DNA of 32,000 bases, taken from positions 2,954 through 34,953 of the forward strand of contig JBAYPN010000007.1 of NCBI GenBank assembly GCA_041677685.1, read 5' to 3'. Position numbers and translations under genes: made by a program. The DNA is from an archaeon (GTDB lineage: Archaea > Iainarchaeota > Iainarchaeia > Iainarchaeales > CSSED10-239). Of the stretch, positions 25,320 to 32,000 are shown piece after piece. The notes below the pieces were generated by a model. It was not told the DNA's origin. It worked only from the letters and a program-made list of their open reading frames with translations, and did not search any database. Position 1 is the first letter of the stretch. Each line of letters starts with the position of its first letter.

Positions 25320-27518
25320 ATGAATAAAAAAGAAATTGATTTATCAATTAAGGGAATGCATTGTGCTAGCTGTGCTACAATTATAGAAAATGGATTGAAT
25401 AAAAAGGAAGGTGTTCTTTCATCTAATGTTAATTTAGCAACAGAAAAAGCTACTGTGGTATATGATGAAAACACAATCTCTACTTTAGATATCATAAAAA
25501 CAATAGATAGAACAGGATATGGAGCAGAATTGATCACCAAACAACATGATCAAAATAAAATTAGAGAAGATAAAAGAAAAGCCTTTAACAAATTAAAAAG
25601 ATTATTTGTGTTTTCTTTAATATTTGCAATCCCAACTTTAATTATTATGTTTCTAGATTGGTTTAATGTACATCTTTTATACACAGATTATATTTTATTC
25701 CTACTAGCAACCCCAGTTCAATTTATTTCAGGATGGGGATTTTATAAAGGTGCTTTAAATGCATTAAAAAACAGAAGTACAAACATGGATACTTTAATCT
25801 CAATTGGAACACTTTCTGCATACTTTTTAAGTGTGTACAATGTCTTGTTTAGTCCAGGAAGTATGCAATATTTTGAAATATCAATAATATTAATTACACT
25901 TGTGTTACTTGGAAAGTTACTGGAAGAAATTGCAAAAGGAAAAACAAGTAATGCAATTAAAAAATTAATTAATCTTTCTCCAAAGACTGCAATTGTAATT
26001 AAGGATGGAAAGGAATCTATTATTTCTGTTGATGATTTAAAAGTAGGAGATGTTTTTTTAGTTAAACCTGGGAGTAAGATTCCTGTTGATGGGATAATTA
26101 TAGAAGGAATTTCATCTGTTGATGAAAGTATGATTACAGGAGAAAGTATACCTCTTGGGAAAAGAAAAGGAGATTTTGTTATTAGTGCAACAATCAATAA
26201 ACATGGAAGCTTAAAGGTTAAGGCAACAAAGGTTGGAGAAGAAACCACCTTAGCACACATAATTAAGCTTGTTGAGGATGCTCAAGGTAAAAAAGCACCA
26301 ATCCAGAGATTTGCAGATTACATTTCTTCCTACTTTGTTCCAATTGTTATTGGTGTTGCTTTAATGTCTGGTCTTATTTGGTATTTAATAATAGGTCAAA
26401 CTTTAAGTTTTTCTATACTTATTTCAGTTGGGATCTTAGTTATTGCTTGCCCTTGTGCCTTAGGCCTTGCCACACCAACAGCAATAATGGTTGGAACTGG
26501 GAAAGGTGCAGAACATGGAATTTTGATTAAGGGGGGAGAAGCTTTAGAAACTGCTCATAAATTGAAGTATATGGTGTTTGATAAAACTGGAACCTTAACA
26601 GTTGGAAAACCAGTTGTTACTGATATCTTAACAGACAAGAAAATATCAAACAATTTATTTTTAGAAATTGTAGCAAGCATTGAAAAACATTCTGAGCACC
26701 CTCTTGCAGAAGCAATTGTTAATTATGGAAAAGATAAAATAAATTTTAAAAATACAACTAACTTTAAAGCAATTCCTGGTTATGGGGTAAAAGCAAATTT
26801 AGATAATAAAACATATTACTTTGGAAATATGAAACTTATGACCCAACAAAGTGTCCAAGATAATATGTTTTTAGAAAAAATACAAGAACTTGAAACACAA
26901 GGTAAGACTGTGATGATTCTGTGTAATGAACAAAAGATACTTGGAATTATAGCAGTAGCAGATATTATTAAGGAGTCCTCCCCAAAGGCAATTGTAGAAA
27001 TTAAAAAGTTAGGAATAATACCTTACATGATAACAGGAGATAATGATAGAACAGCTAAAGCTATTGCTAAACAAGTTGGGATTGAAAATATCTTCTCAGA
27101 GGTTCTTCCTGAAGAAAAAGCAAATTATATTAAAAAGCTTCAACAGAATGGAACTTATAAAGTTGGGATGGTTGGAGATGGAATAAATGACTCACCAGCT
27201 CTTGCCCAGGCAGACATAGGAATAGCAATGGGAAGTGGGACCGATGTTGCAATGGAAACTGGAAACATTGTTCTTATGAAAAATGATCTGCTAGATGTTG
27301 CAAAAGCCATTAAACTATCAAAGCAAACTATGCGAAAAATAAAGCAGAACATGTTTTGGGCACTTTTCTATAATGTTATTGGAATACCAATTGCAGGAGG
27401 TGTTCTTTATATGTCTATAGGTTGGCTTTTATCTCCAATAATTGCTGGAGGAGCAATGGCTTTAAGTAGTGTGAGTGTTGTAACAAACTCTTTACTTTTA
27501 AAGAAGAAGAAATTGTAA
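25320..27518 (+). CDS. copA: Cu(I)-translocating P1B-type ATPase
   Basis: It has an N-terminal HMA domain (GMHCASCA), the TGES actuator motif, the transmembrane CPC motif ([11 protein letters not shown]), the phosphorylation site DKTGTLT, and the motifs HPLAEAI, MITGDN and [10 protein letters not shown]. Confidence 0.93.
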   Translation: MNKKEIDLSIKGMHCASCATIIENGLNKKEGVLSSNVNLATEKATVVYDENTISTLDIIKTIDRTGYGAELITKQHDQNKIREDKRKAFNKLKRLFVFSLIFAIPTLIIMFLDWFNVHLLYTDYILFLLATPVQFISGWGFYKGALNALKNRSTNMDTLISIGTLSAYFLSVYNVLFSPGSMQYFEISIILITLVLLGKLLEEIAKGKTSNAIKKLINLSPKTAIVIKDGKESIISVDDLKVGDVFLVKPGSKIPVDGIIIEGISSVDESMITGESIPLGKRKGDFVISATINKHGSLKVKATKVGEETTLAHIIKLVEDAQGKKAPIQRFADYISSYFVPIVIGVALMSGLIWYLIIGQTLSFSILISVGILVIACPCALGLATPTAIMVGTGKGAEHGILIKGGEALETAHKLKYMVFDKTGTLTVGKPVVTDILTDKKISNNLFLEIVASIEKHSEHPLAEAIVNYGKDKINFKNTTNFKAIPGYGVKANLDNKTYYFGNMKLMTQQSVQDNMFLEKIQELETQGKTVMILCNEQKILGIIAVADIIKESSPKAIVEIKKLGIIPYMITGDNDRTAKAIAKQVGIENIFSEVLPEEKANYIKKLQQNGTYKVGMVGDGINDSPALAQADIGIAMGSGTDVAMETGNIVLMKNDLLDVAKAIKLSKQTMRKIKQNMFWALFYNVIGIPIAGGVLYMSIGWLLSPIIAGGAMALSSVSVVTNSLLLKKKKL

Positions 27519-27686
27519 AAATAATTTGTTTAAACTAAAAAATATTAGTTTAAAAAAGCATTGACTCTTGATTTCAAGTAATTATTACTAAATTTAAAAA
27601 CATATACAGTCATCCATCAAAAATAATTAATACATTTTTAAGTGATGAGTTTCTATTAGTTTTAAATATATAGTTAAAAATAATTT

Positions 27687-29102
27687 TCATCTATAAATTT
27701 TAAATTTTTTATTCTTTTTTAAAAAGGAATTAATATTTGATTCGCATTCATCTTTAATTTCTTGAGAAACAATTTCATTACATGCCTCTAAATCGAAATA
27801 TGATATTGCAACTCTCTTAACACATTCGTCTATATCATCTTGTGTTATAAAGAAATCAGAATATTTTTTACAGTCTTCTATTTTTATAATTAAAATAGAA
27901 TATAAACAACTCCGAACAGAAGTTATATCAGATTCAGTAAAATCAGGAATATCATACATTAACATGCAAATATTTGCATCATTTTTATTTACAGCAATTG
28001 ACTTGTAACAATCTATTTTCGTATATTTACTAGATATCCAATCACACTCATCAATTGTTTTTGCTAAATTTTTTATACAGTTATCTCTAATAATTATATT
28101 ACTCTCTCCTACTGAATTAATATCTAAACAATGACTTGTATCTTTGTCTGTTGTATTTCCATAATTATCTGGATTATTTTTTATACGGCTAGATAATCCA
28201 TTTATACACTTGTCTTTATTACCACTTAAAGTTAAAGAATAACAATCATCAAAATTATTAGAATATTGGATAATACAATTTTCTTTTGCAATTATATCTT
28301 CAATCTTTGAACAAATTGATGCATCTTTAATTTTTGTATTTTTTGAAATATAAGTTAATACTAAAGAGAAACAATTTTGTTTATCTTCATTTTTTTCAAA
28401 GTAGTTACAAAAGTTAAGTTCTTTTTTATTGCTGGCAACAGTTAAAATACACTCATTCTTAAAATAATTATCAGTTACTTTTAAACAATAATTTACATCT
28501 AATGTACTTTTCCCAAATTCATAAAAACAATAGATGTTATCATTACAAAGATCACTATCATTATTATCTATTGCAAATTTAGATAGATAAATCCCAAAAT
28601 ATTTGTCACATATGTTTCTACAATACTCATATTCAGAAACACAATAGTTTTTAGAATATGTTTTTTCTACTTCTTTTATACAAGCGCCTATATCACTATT
28701 TTTTGCAGCTTCCTCCATAGCAAGTTCATAATCTGATTGAAATTTATCATATTTGATTTTATAATATTTATCAGTTATGGTTGGACCATAAAATAATGCC
28801 AAAATCAATAGTGAAACAACAACAATGTAAATAGTTAATATGTTTTTTTGTTTATTATTGTTTTTGTTCTTTGCTTCGTATTTAATAACTAAAAATATAT
28901 TACTAACAACTAAGGCAATAACTACTCCAAATAATAAAAATGAAATAAAAATTCCTGTTGTAATACAACTCATGCCACTACAATTACCAAACAGTAATTT
29001 TATTAACAATAAGCCAATTAAAAAAATAAGAATACTACTTATAAATAATACTGGGTAAAATACAATTCTTTCCAATCTAAATAATCTTTTTAGTTTCTTC
29101 AT
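27687..29102 (-). CDS. Membrane-anchored protein with about 11-12 tandem two-cysteine modules
   Basis: There are three N-terminal TM helices. About 360 aa follow in which Cys pairs recur every ~25-30 aa with 8-13 residue spacing (for example NYCLKVTDNYFKNECILTVA, NFCNYFEKNEDKQNCFSLV, SICSKIEDIIAKENCIIQY, DECDWISSKYTKIDCYKSIA). Confidence 0.6.
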   Translation of the reverse strand: MKKLKRLFRLERIVFYPVLFISSILIFLIGLLLIKLLFGNCSGMSCITTGIFISFLLFGVVIALVVSNIFLVIKYEAKNKNNNKQKNILTIYIVVVSLLILALFYGPTITDKYYKIKYDKFQSDYELAMEEAAKNSDIGACIKEVEKTYSKNYCVSEYEYCRNICDKYFGIYLSKFAIDNNDSDLCNDNIYCFYEFGKSTLDVNYCLKVTDNYFKNECILTVASNKKELNFCNYFEKNEDKQNCFSLVLTYISKNTKIKDASICSKIEDIIAKENCIIQYSNNFDDCYSLTLSGNKDKCINGLSSRIKNNPDNYGNTTDKDTSHCLDINSVGESNIIIRDNCIKNLAKTIDECDWISSKYTKIDCYKSIAVNKNDANICMLMYDIPDFTESDITSVRSCLYSILIIKIEDCKKYSDFFITQDDIDECVKRVAISYFDLEACNEIVSQEIKDECESNINSFLKKNKKFKIYR

Positions 29103-29300
29103 GTTTGTCAGGCTATAAATTAAATATATTAATAGCTACCAATTAATTTAAAAAACTTGCTATGTTTTGTAGTAGTTAACCTTTTATCTTAAAAAAATAC
29201 TATACAAAAATAATGTCTGATTAGTTGATCTCTCTAGAAAAAATAACACATTTTATATACAAAAAGATATTATTAAAAAAGTAAAATAATTATTCTTAAA

Positions 29301-29735
29301 TTATTTCGAACAAATTATATCCTCACTCCTAAAATAATGTTTATTATCACTATTAGAAAAACAAATATTATTTACACAACTTATATTAACATCATTAAAA
29401 TTACCATTCTCAAAATCATAACAGGTATTTACAAAACAAACAATTTGATATAAATCTTTTTTAAGCATTCAGCATTTTTCAAATAACCCATTTAAATTAG
29501 ATAAATCTTCATACTTATTATAAAAGTGTAGTTCTCAACAAGGGTGCAATGTACTTGAACAGCCAATAAGACAATCAGAATCTGTTTCGCAATAATTTAA
29601 TTTATAAAATTCAAAAGTAATCTCACAAGATAAATTGTCAGATACCCGAGAACGATTAGAATTAAAATTGACAACTAAAAATACAGTTATGACAATAACT
29701 ATCGCAATAATTACCCACCAAAACTTCTTGTTCAT
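29301..29735 (-). pseudogene. Small membrane-anchored Cys-rich protein gene interrupted by two in-frame TGA codons
   Basis: The track ORF 29535-29735 (66 aa, N-terminal TM helix) continues in the same frame through TGA (29535-29537) and TGA (29469-29471) to TAA (29301-29303). There are no other stops. The downstream segments remain Cys-rich (ELHFYNKYEDLSNLNGLFEKC, MLKKDLYQIVCFVNTCYDFENGNFNDVNISCVNNICFSNSDNKHYFRSEDIICSK). Confidence 0.5.
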
Positions 29736-29844
29736 ATATTTTTCTTTTATTTAAAACTATATGTGTATTTAATATAGAAACATATTTAATTGAAAATAAT
29801 TAGTTGAATATAATATGAAAATTAATTATTCTATAAACTAGAAG

Positions 29845-29917
29845 TGCCTCGAGCCAGAGTCGGACTGGCGGTCTCCAGATTATGAGTCTGGCGCTTTAAC
29901 CACTAAGCTACCGAGGC
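29845..29917 (-). tRNA. tRNA with anticodon CAT (elongator Met or Ile2, not initiator-like)
   Basis: The reverse complement is GCCTCGGTAGCTTAGTGGTTAAAGCGCCAGACTCATAATCTGGAGACCGCCAGTCCGACTCTGGCTCGAGGCA. The D stem is GCTT/AAGC. The anticodon stem CCAGA/TCTGG lacks the three G-C pairs of initiator tRNAs. The T arm is GCCAG-TCCGACT-CTGGC, with C at position 55. Confidence 0.85.
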
Positions 29918-29991
29918 ACAATATTTTACTTGTTTTTAAAAATAAGATCTATATATTTTAGAAACAAATTATTTATATATATTTCTAAATT

Positions 29992-30128
29992 AAAAACTAC
30001 TCTTCTAATTAGAAGCTACTCTTCAAATTGAAAAACCCACTCATCTAATTGAAAATCAAATTCTACTTATCACAAACCACACTTTAAATTAGAAATCATG
30101 CTTTTAAATTAAAAATTGTCCTCTAATT
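29992..30128. repeat. Array of about 7 degenerate 18-21-bp direct repeats (consensus roughly RRAAAnnnACTCWTCTAATT)
   Basis: The units, read by eye, are: 29992-30010 AAAAACTACTCTTCTAATT; 30011-30029 AGAAGCTACTCTTCAAATT; 30030-30050 GAAAAACCCACTCATCTAATT; 30051-30071; 30072-30090 ACAAACCACACTTTAAATT; 30091-30110 AGAAATCATGCTTTTAAATT; and 30111-30128 AAAAATTGTCCTCTAATT. Confidence 0.55.
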
Positions 30129-30133
30129 ATAAA

Positions 30134-30814
30134 TTATTTAGCTCTTGTCTTAATCTCTAATCTGTTCTCTTCCTCAAAGTACACAAAAATTGTGTCTGCT
30201 AAACCCAAAAATAAACCAGTCTCTAAAACTCCAGGAATGTTTCTTACAGAATATTCAAAGTCCTCAAGAATTATGTTCTTATCAATTGTTATTCTTGCTA
30301 AATAATGACCCATTTCTGTTTTAAAAAAATTACCATCAACATCACTTACAATTCTTGCAAGCCCATAACTTTGAAGATTAGAAATTGTTCTCTGCCAAGC
30401 AAAAGAACTAATCTCAACATAAATATCAGAATCTATTTCTTCTTTAAAATTGTGATTGTTAACAACAACAATTAGGTTTAGAGCAGATTGACTTATCATC
30501 TTATCCCTTATAAAAGAATTTGTTTTCTTCTTAAAAAAATTATAATATTGATCAACACCATCCACAAACTCTATAGCAACGTCAATTTCTCTATCGTTTA
30601 AGGAGATTGTCTTTTGACCAAGATCACTTAATTGTTTTGCTTGCCTTGAATTGATTGGTACAAAAAAGAGGTTCTTTTTTTCAATAATTAAAATCTTTAC
30701 TAACTCATCAATCAGTTCAATATCTTTTTCAAAAGCACAAATAGAGATTATCTGCTCTTCTTTTACTCTCTTAAGTAACTCTTGAACAATCAATGGTATA
30801 TTCATAACAAACAC
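30134..30814 (-). CDS. Divergent ribose-5-phosphate isomerase A-like protein
   Basis: The GTG start is at 30812-30814. RpiA-like blocks are present: FVDGVDQ (compare DGADE), VEISSFAWQRT, DGNFFKTEMGHY (compare VTDNGN.ILD) and the hallmark IPGVLETGLFLGLADTIFV. The Gly-rich loops GxGTGST and KGGGGA are replaced by ICAFEKD and KKKTNS. Confidence 0.65.
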   Translation of the reverse strand: MFVMNIPLIVQELLKRVKEEQIISICAFEKDIELIDELVKILIIEKKNLFFVPINSRQAKQLSDLGQKTISLNDREIDVAIEFVDGVDQYYNFFKKKTNSFIRDKMISQSALNLIVVVNNHNFKEEIDSDIYVEISSFAWQRTISNLQSYGLARIVSDVDGNFFKTEMGHYLARITIDKNIILEDFEYSVRNIPGVLETGLFLGLADTIFVYFEEENRLEIKTRAK

Positions 30815-30891
30815 TATAATTTATTAAGCTCATACTTTTTTTAAAGCTTATGGTTACAGAATAAAAAGCTTTCTAAGCAATATATATTTAT

Positions 30892-30951
30892 GGCAATGAT
30901 GATAATTTGAACACCTGCTGATTTTATGATGATAGATGGGCGGGCTGAGCC
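30892..30951 (+). ncRNA. Box C/D sRNA (2'-O-methylation guide)
   Basis: The C box ATGATGA is at 30896-30902, followed by a 15-nt guide TAATTTGAACACCTG. The D' box CTGA is at 30918-30921, followed by the spacer TTTT. The C' box ATGATGA is at 30926-30932, followed by a 12-nt guide TAGATGGGCGGG. The D box CTGA is at 30945-30948. A terminal stem pairs GGC (30892-30894) with GCC (30949-30951). It lies in an intergenic gap. Confidence 0.72.
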
Positions 30952-31151
30952 TATTTCTTAAGATTTGCTTCTAATCTTGTAACTCTGTTGTTTAAAACAT
31001 CTATCTTTGATTTTAAAACATCTATTTTTGCATTATAGGAATTTCCAAAAGATAAAGTTTGTTTTGTTCTTTTAAGCATAATTGAAACTAAAATATTTCC
31101 AATAACAAAAACACCAATTGCACACAATAAAATAATTGTTATAATATCCAT
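30951..31151 (-). CDS. Small membrane-anchored coiled-coil protein (hypothetical)
   Basis: 66 aa with an N-terminal TM helix and a short heptad-like segment (KIDVLKSKIDVLNNRVTRLEANL). There are no family motifs. Confidence 0.4.
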   Translation of the reverse strand: MDIITIILLCAIGVFVIGNILVSIMLKRTKQTLSFGNSYNAKIDVLKSKIDVLNNRVTRLEANLKK

Positions 31152-31173
31152 CTTATCTTCACATCCTCTTTAT

Positions 31174-32000
31174 TTAAACAAATTGAAAAAGATTTTTTTT
31201 CTTTTCAATAACTAAACACTCTTCCTTTAATATTTCTAAGGTTATTTTTGTAACATCTTTATCTAAACTTAATTTGCTTGAAAGTTCCTCAATATTAAAA
31301 GTTGAAGACATTTTTAAATTTAAAATCTTATTTTTAATTTCTGAAAGTAACTCAAAAGAAATAACATAGTAGTTGCCATCAAAAGACTTAAGCCCAACAA
31401 TCTCGTTATTCTTAATTTTTTCTTTATATTTTTCTGAAAAGTGTAAAGCTAGGTTTTGGTTTTTAATTATTATGTATTGGTTGTTGTCAAAGAAAGAAAA
31501 TGAGTCTTTGTAGTCATCAGCAGTTTTAAAGTCTAAATTGTTGGTATTACTTTTGGAATTACTATCAGAATTGGTTTTATTACCATTAGTTTTATCTATG
31601 GCATTTTTTTTAAAATTTATTTCATCATAAGTGTTAATTTTAGAAATTGGCTCTTTAAAGTTAACTTCCTCATGTGCAGGTTCTTTTAAATCTTCTAAAC
31701 CCTCATTAACCTTATAGATATTTCTTTTATATTTTTGGGATAATTTAAATAAAATTATCTCATTATCTTTAATCATTTTTTTGAAAATTGGTAAATCTAC
31801 ATCTCTTAAAAACAATTTTTCAAATCTACCCTCAACTTTGTCCTTTACAGAGATGTCTCTATTATTTAGGATCTGTAAAATCTTATCTTTAACTTCTAGA
31901 AGAGAGTCTTTTCCTTTTTCAAAGTCTTTTCCTTTTTCAAAAGAACTTCTAAAATTATCTAAGTCTTTTGTTTTGTTTTTAGAAATTACTTTAGATAAAA
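31174..32000 (-). CDS. Hypothetical protein with winged-helix-like segments (5' end beyond the window)
   Basis: The track begins this ORF at a TTG (31813-31815). I translated the same frame upstream and it stays open to position 32000 (...LSKVISKNKTKDLDNFRSSFEKGKDFEKGKDSLLEVKDKILQILNNRDISVKDKVEGRFEK-LFLRDV...), so the gene probably starts outside the window. The C-terminal FNIEELSSKLSLDKDVTKITLEILKEECLVIEK looks wHTH-like. Confidence 0.5.
   Translation of the reverse strand, partial: LSKVISKNKTKDLDNFRSSFEKGKDFEKGKDSLLEVKDKILQILNNRDISVKDKVEGRFEKLFLRDVDLPIFKKMIKDNEIILFKLSQKYKRNIYKVNEGLEDLKEPAHEEVNFKEPISKINTYDEINFKKNAIDKTNGNKTNSDSNSKSNTNNLDFKTADDYKDSFSFFDNNQYIIIKNQNLALHFSEKYKEKIKNNEIVGLKSFDGNYYVISFELLSEIKNKILNLKMSSTFNIEELSSKLSLDKDVTKITLEILKEECLVIEKKKNLFQFV

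Noticed and set aside
25742-26260. 172-aa minus-strand ORF (with the shorter ORFs 25277-25540 and 27155-27352)
   Set aside because: They are antisense to copA, which has every P1B-ATPase motif in the plus frame.
27529-27554. Inverted repeat TTTAAACTAA-N6-TTAGTTTAAA between the convergent copA and Cys-rich genes, as a possible bidirectional terminator
   Set aside because: The stem has a single G-C pair, so it is very weak. Archaeal termination mainly uses T-tracts, and such AT palindromes are expected by chance in this composition.
27642-27648. GTGATGA C-box-like heptamer in the copA / Cys-rich gene spacer
   Set aside because: No CTGA D or D' box or second C' box lies within 70 nt on either strand, so there is no support for a C/D sRNA.
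3725-29058. The remaining short track ORFs: 3725-4048+, 5040-5246+, 7399-7596+, 7403-7627-, 9123-9329+, 9742-10056+, 10324-10524+, 10582-10812+, 14405-14638+, 15441-15626-, 15502-15708-, 17383-17655-, 21322-21504+, 23855-24061-, 24296-24562-, 24765-24962- and 28840-29058+
   Set aside because: Each is nested in, or antisense to, a longer ORF with recognisable family motifs or coherent membrane topology. None has motifs of its own.
29469-29537. Selenocysteine decoding of the two in-frame TGAs
   Set aside because: The ~200 nt downstream of the TAA (29103-29300, minus sense) is almost pure A+T. It has no G+C-rich SECIS-like hairpin of the archaeal 3'-UTR type. I keep this only as a remote alternative in the finding.
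22084-29917. tRNA-flanked genomic island (tRNA-Glu to tRNA-CAT) carrying the cop cluster
   Set aside because: I saw no integrase or recombinase gene and no duplicated tRNA 3'-end fragment that could serve as an att site. I also saw no obvious compositional break by eye.
29992-30128. CRISPR array
   Set aside because: The units abut each other with no unique spacers. They are only 18-21 bp, degenerate and non-palindromic, and no cas genes are nearby.
1-32000. Genome-wide reassignment of TGA, in the manner of genetic code 4 or 25
   Set aside because: TGA terminates eL39 (3345-3347), eL31 (2746-2748), the membrane protein (17816-17818) and the cupredoxin-like gene (25261-25263). These are sensible protein ends, often in ATGA overlaps. 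The only tRNA-Trp seen has anticodon CCA.

Overview
This is a very AT-rich archaeal chromosomal segment (about 25-30% G+C by eye, not computed). The gene content suggests a small-genome DPANN-type archaeon, which is an inference. TAA, TAG and TGA all act as stop codons here.

Described content:
- **Conserved translation cluster, minus strand (1-4875):** ftsY (cut by the window edge), pfdA, aIF6, eL31, eL39, eS19, then an RNase P Rpp21 gene 17 nt downstream of tRNA-Gly.
- **RNA genes:** five tRNAs: Gly-GCC, Val-TAC, Trp-CCA with a 117-nt intron, Glu-CTC and a CAT tRNA. There is also one well-formed box C/D sRNA that the ORF track cannot show.
- **Housekeeping genes:** PEP synthase, XPD helicase, eL42, LemA, a UMPH-1-type HAD nucleotidase, a flavodoxin/ferredoxin protein and a divergent RpiA-like protein.
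- **Envelope and accessory genes:** a transglutaminase-like exported protein and several Cys-rich membrane-anchored proteins.
- **Copper cluster:** copZ, a Met-rich membrane protein, a cupredoxin-like protein and copA. It is preceded by a membrane-anchored wHTH protein and a palindromic operator around the TATA box.
- **ATPase module:** a HerA/FtsK-type ATPase whose P-loop is split by a 408-aa LAGLIDADG intein, translationally coupled to a polytopic membrane protein.

Most interesting observations: the intein-containing ATPase plus membrane-protein module; the possible transmembrane metal-sensing wHTH with its operator; the C/D sRNA; the long tRNA-Trp intron with a guide-like complement to its own 3' splice junction; a Cys-rich ORF interrupted by two in-frame TGAs that each follow a Cys codon; and an iteron-like array of ~20-bp repeats.

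No CRISPR array, transposase or integrase was seen. All homology calls come from motif recognition by eye, with no database search.
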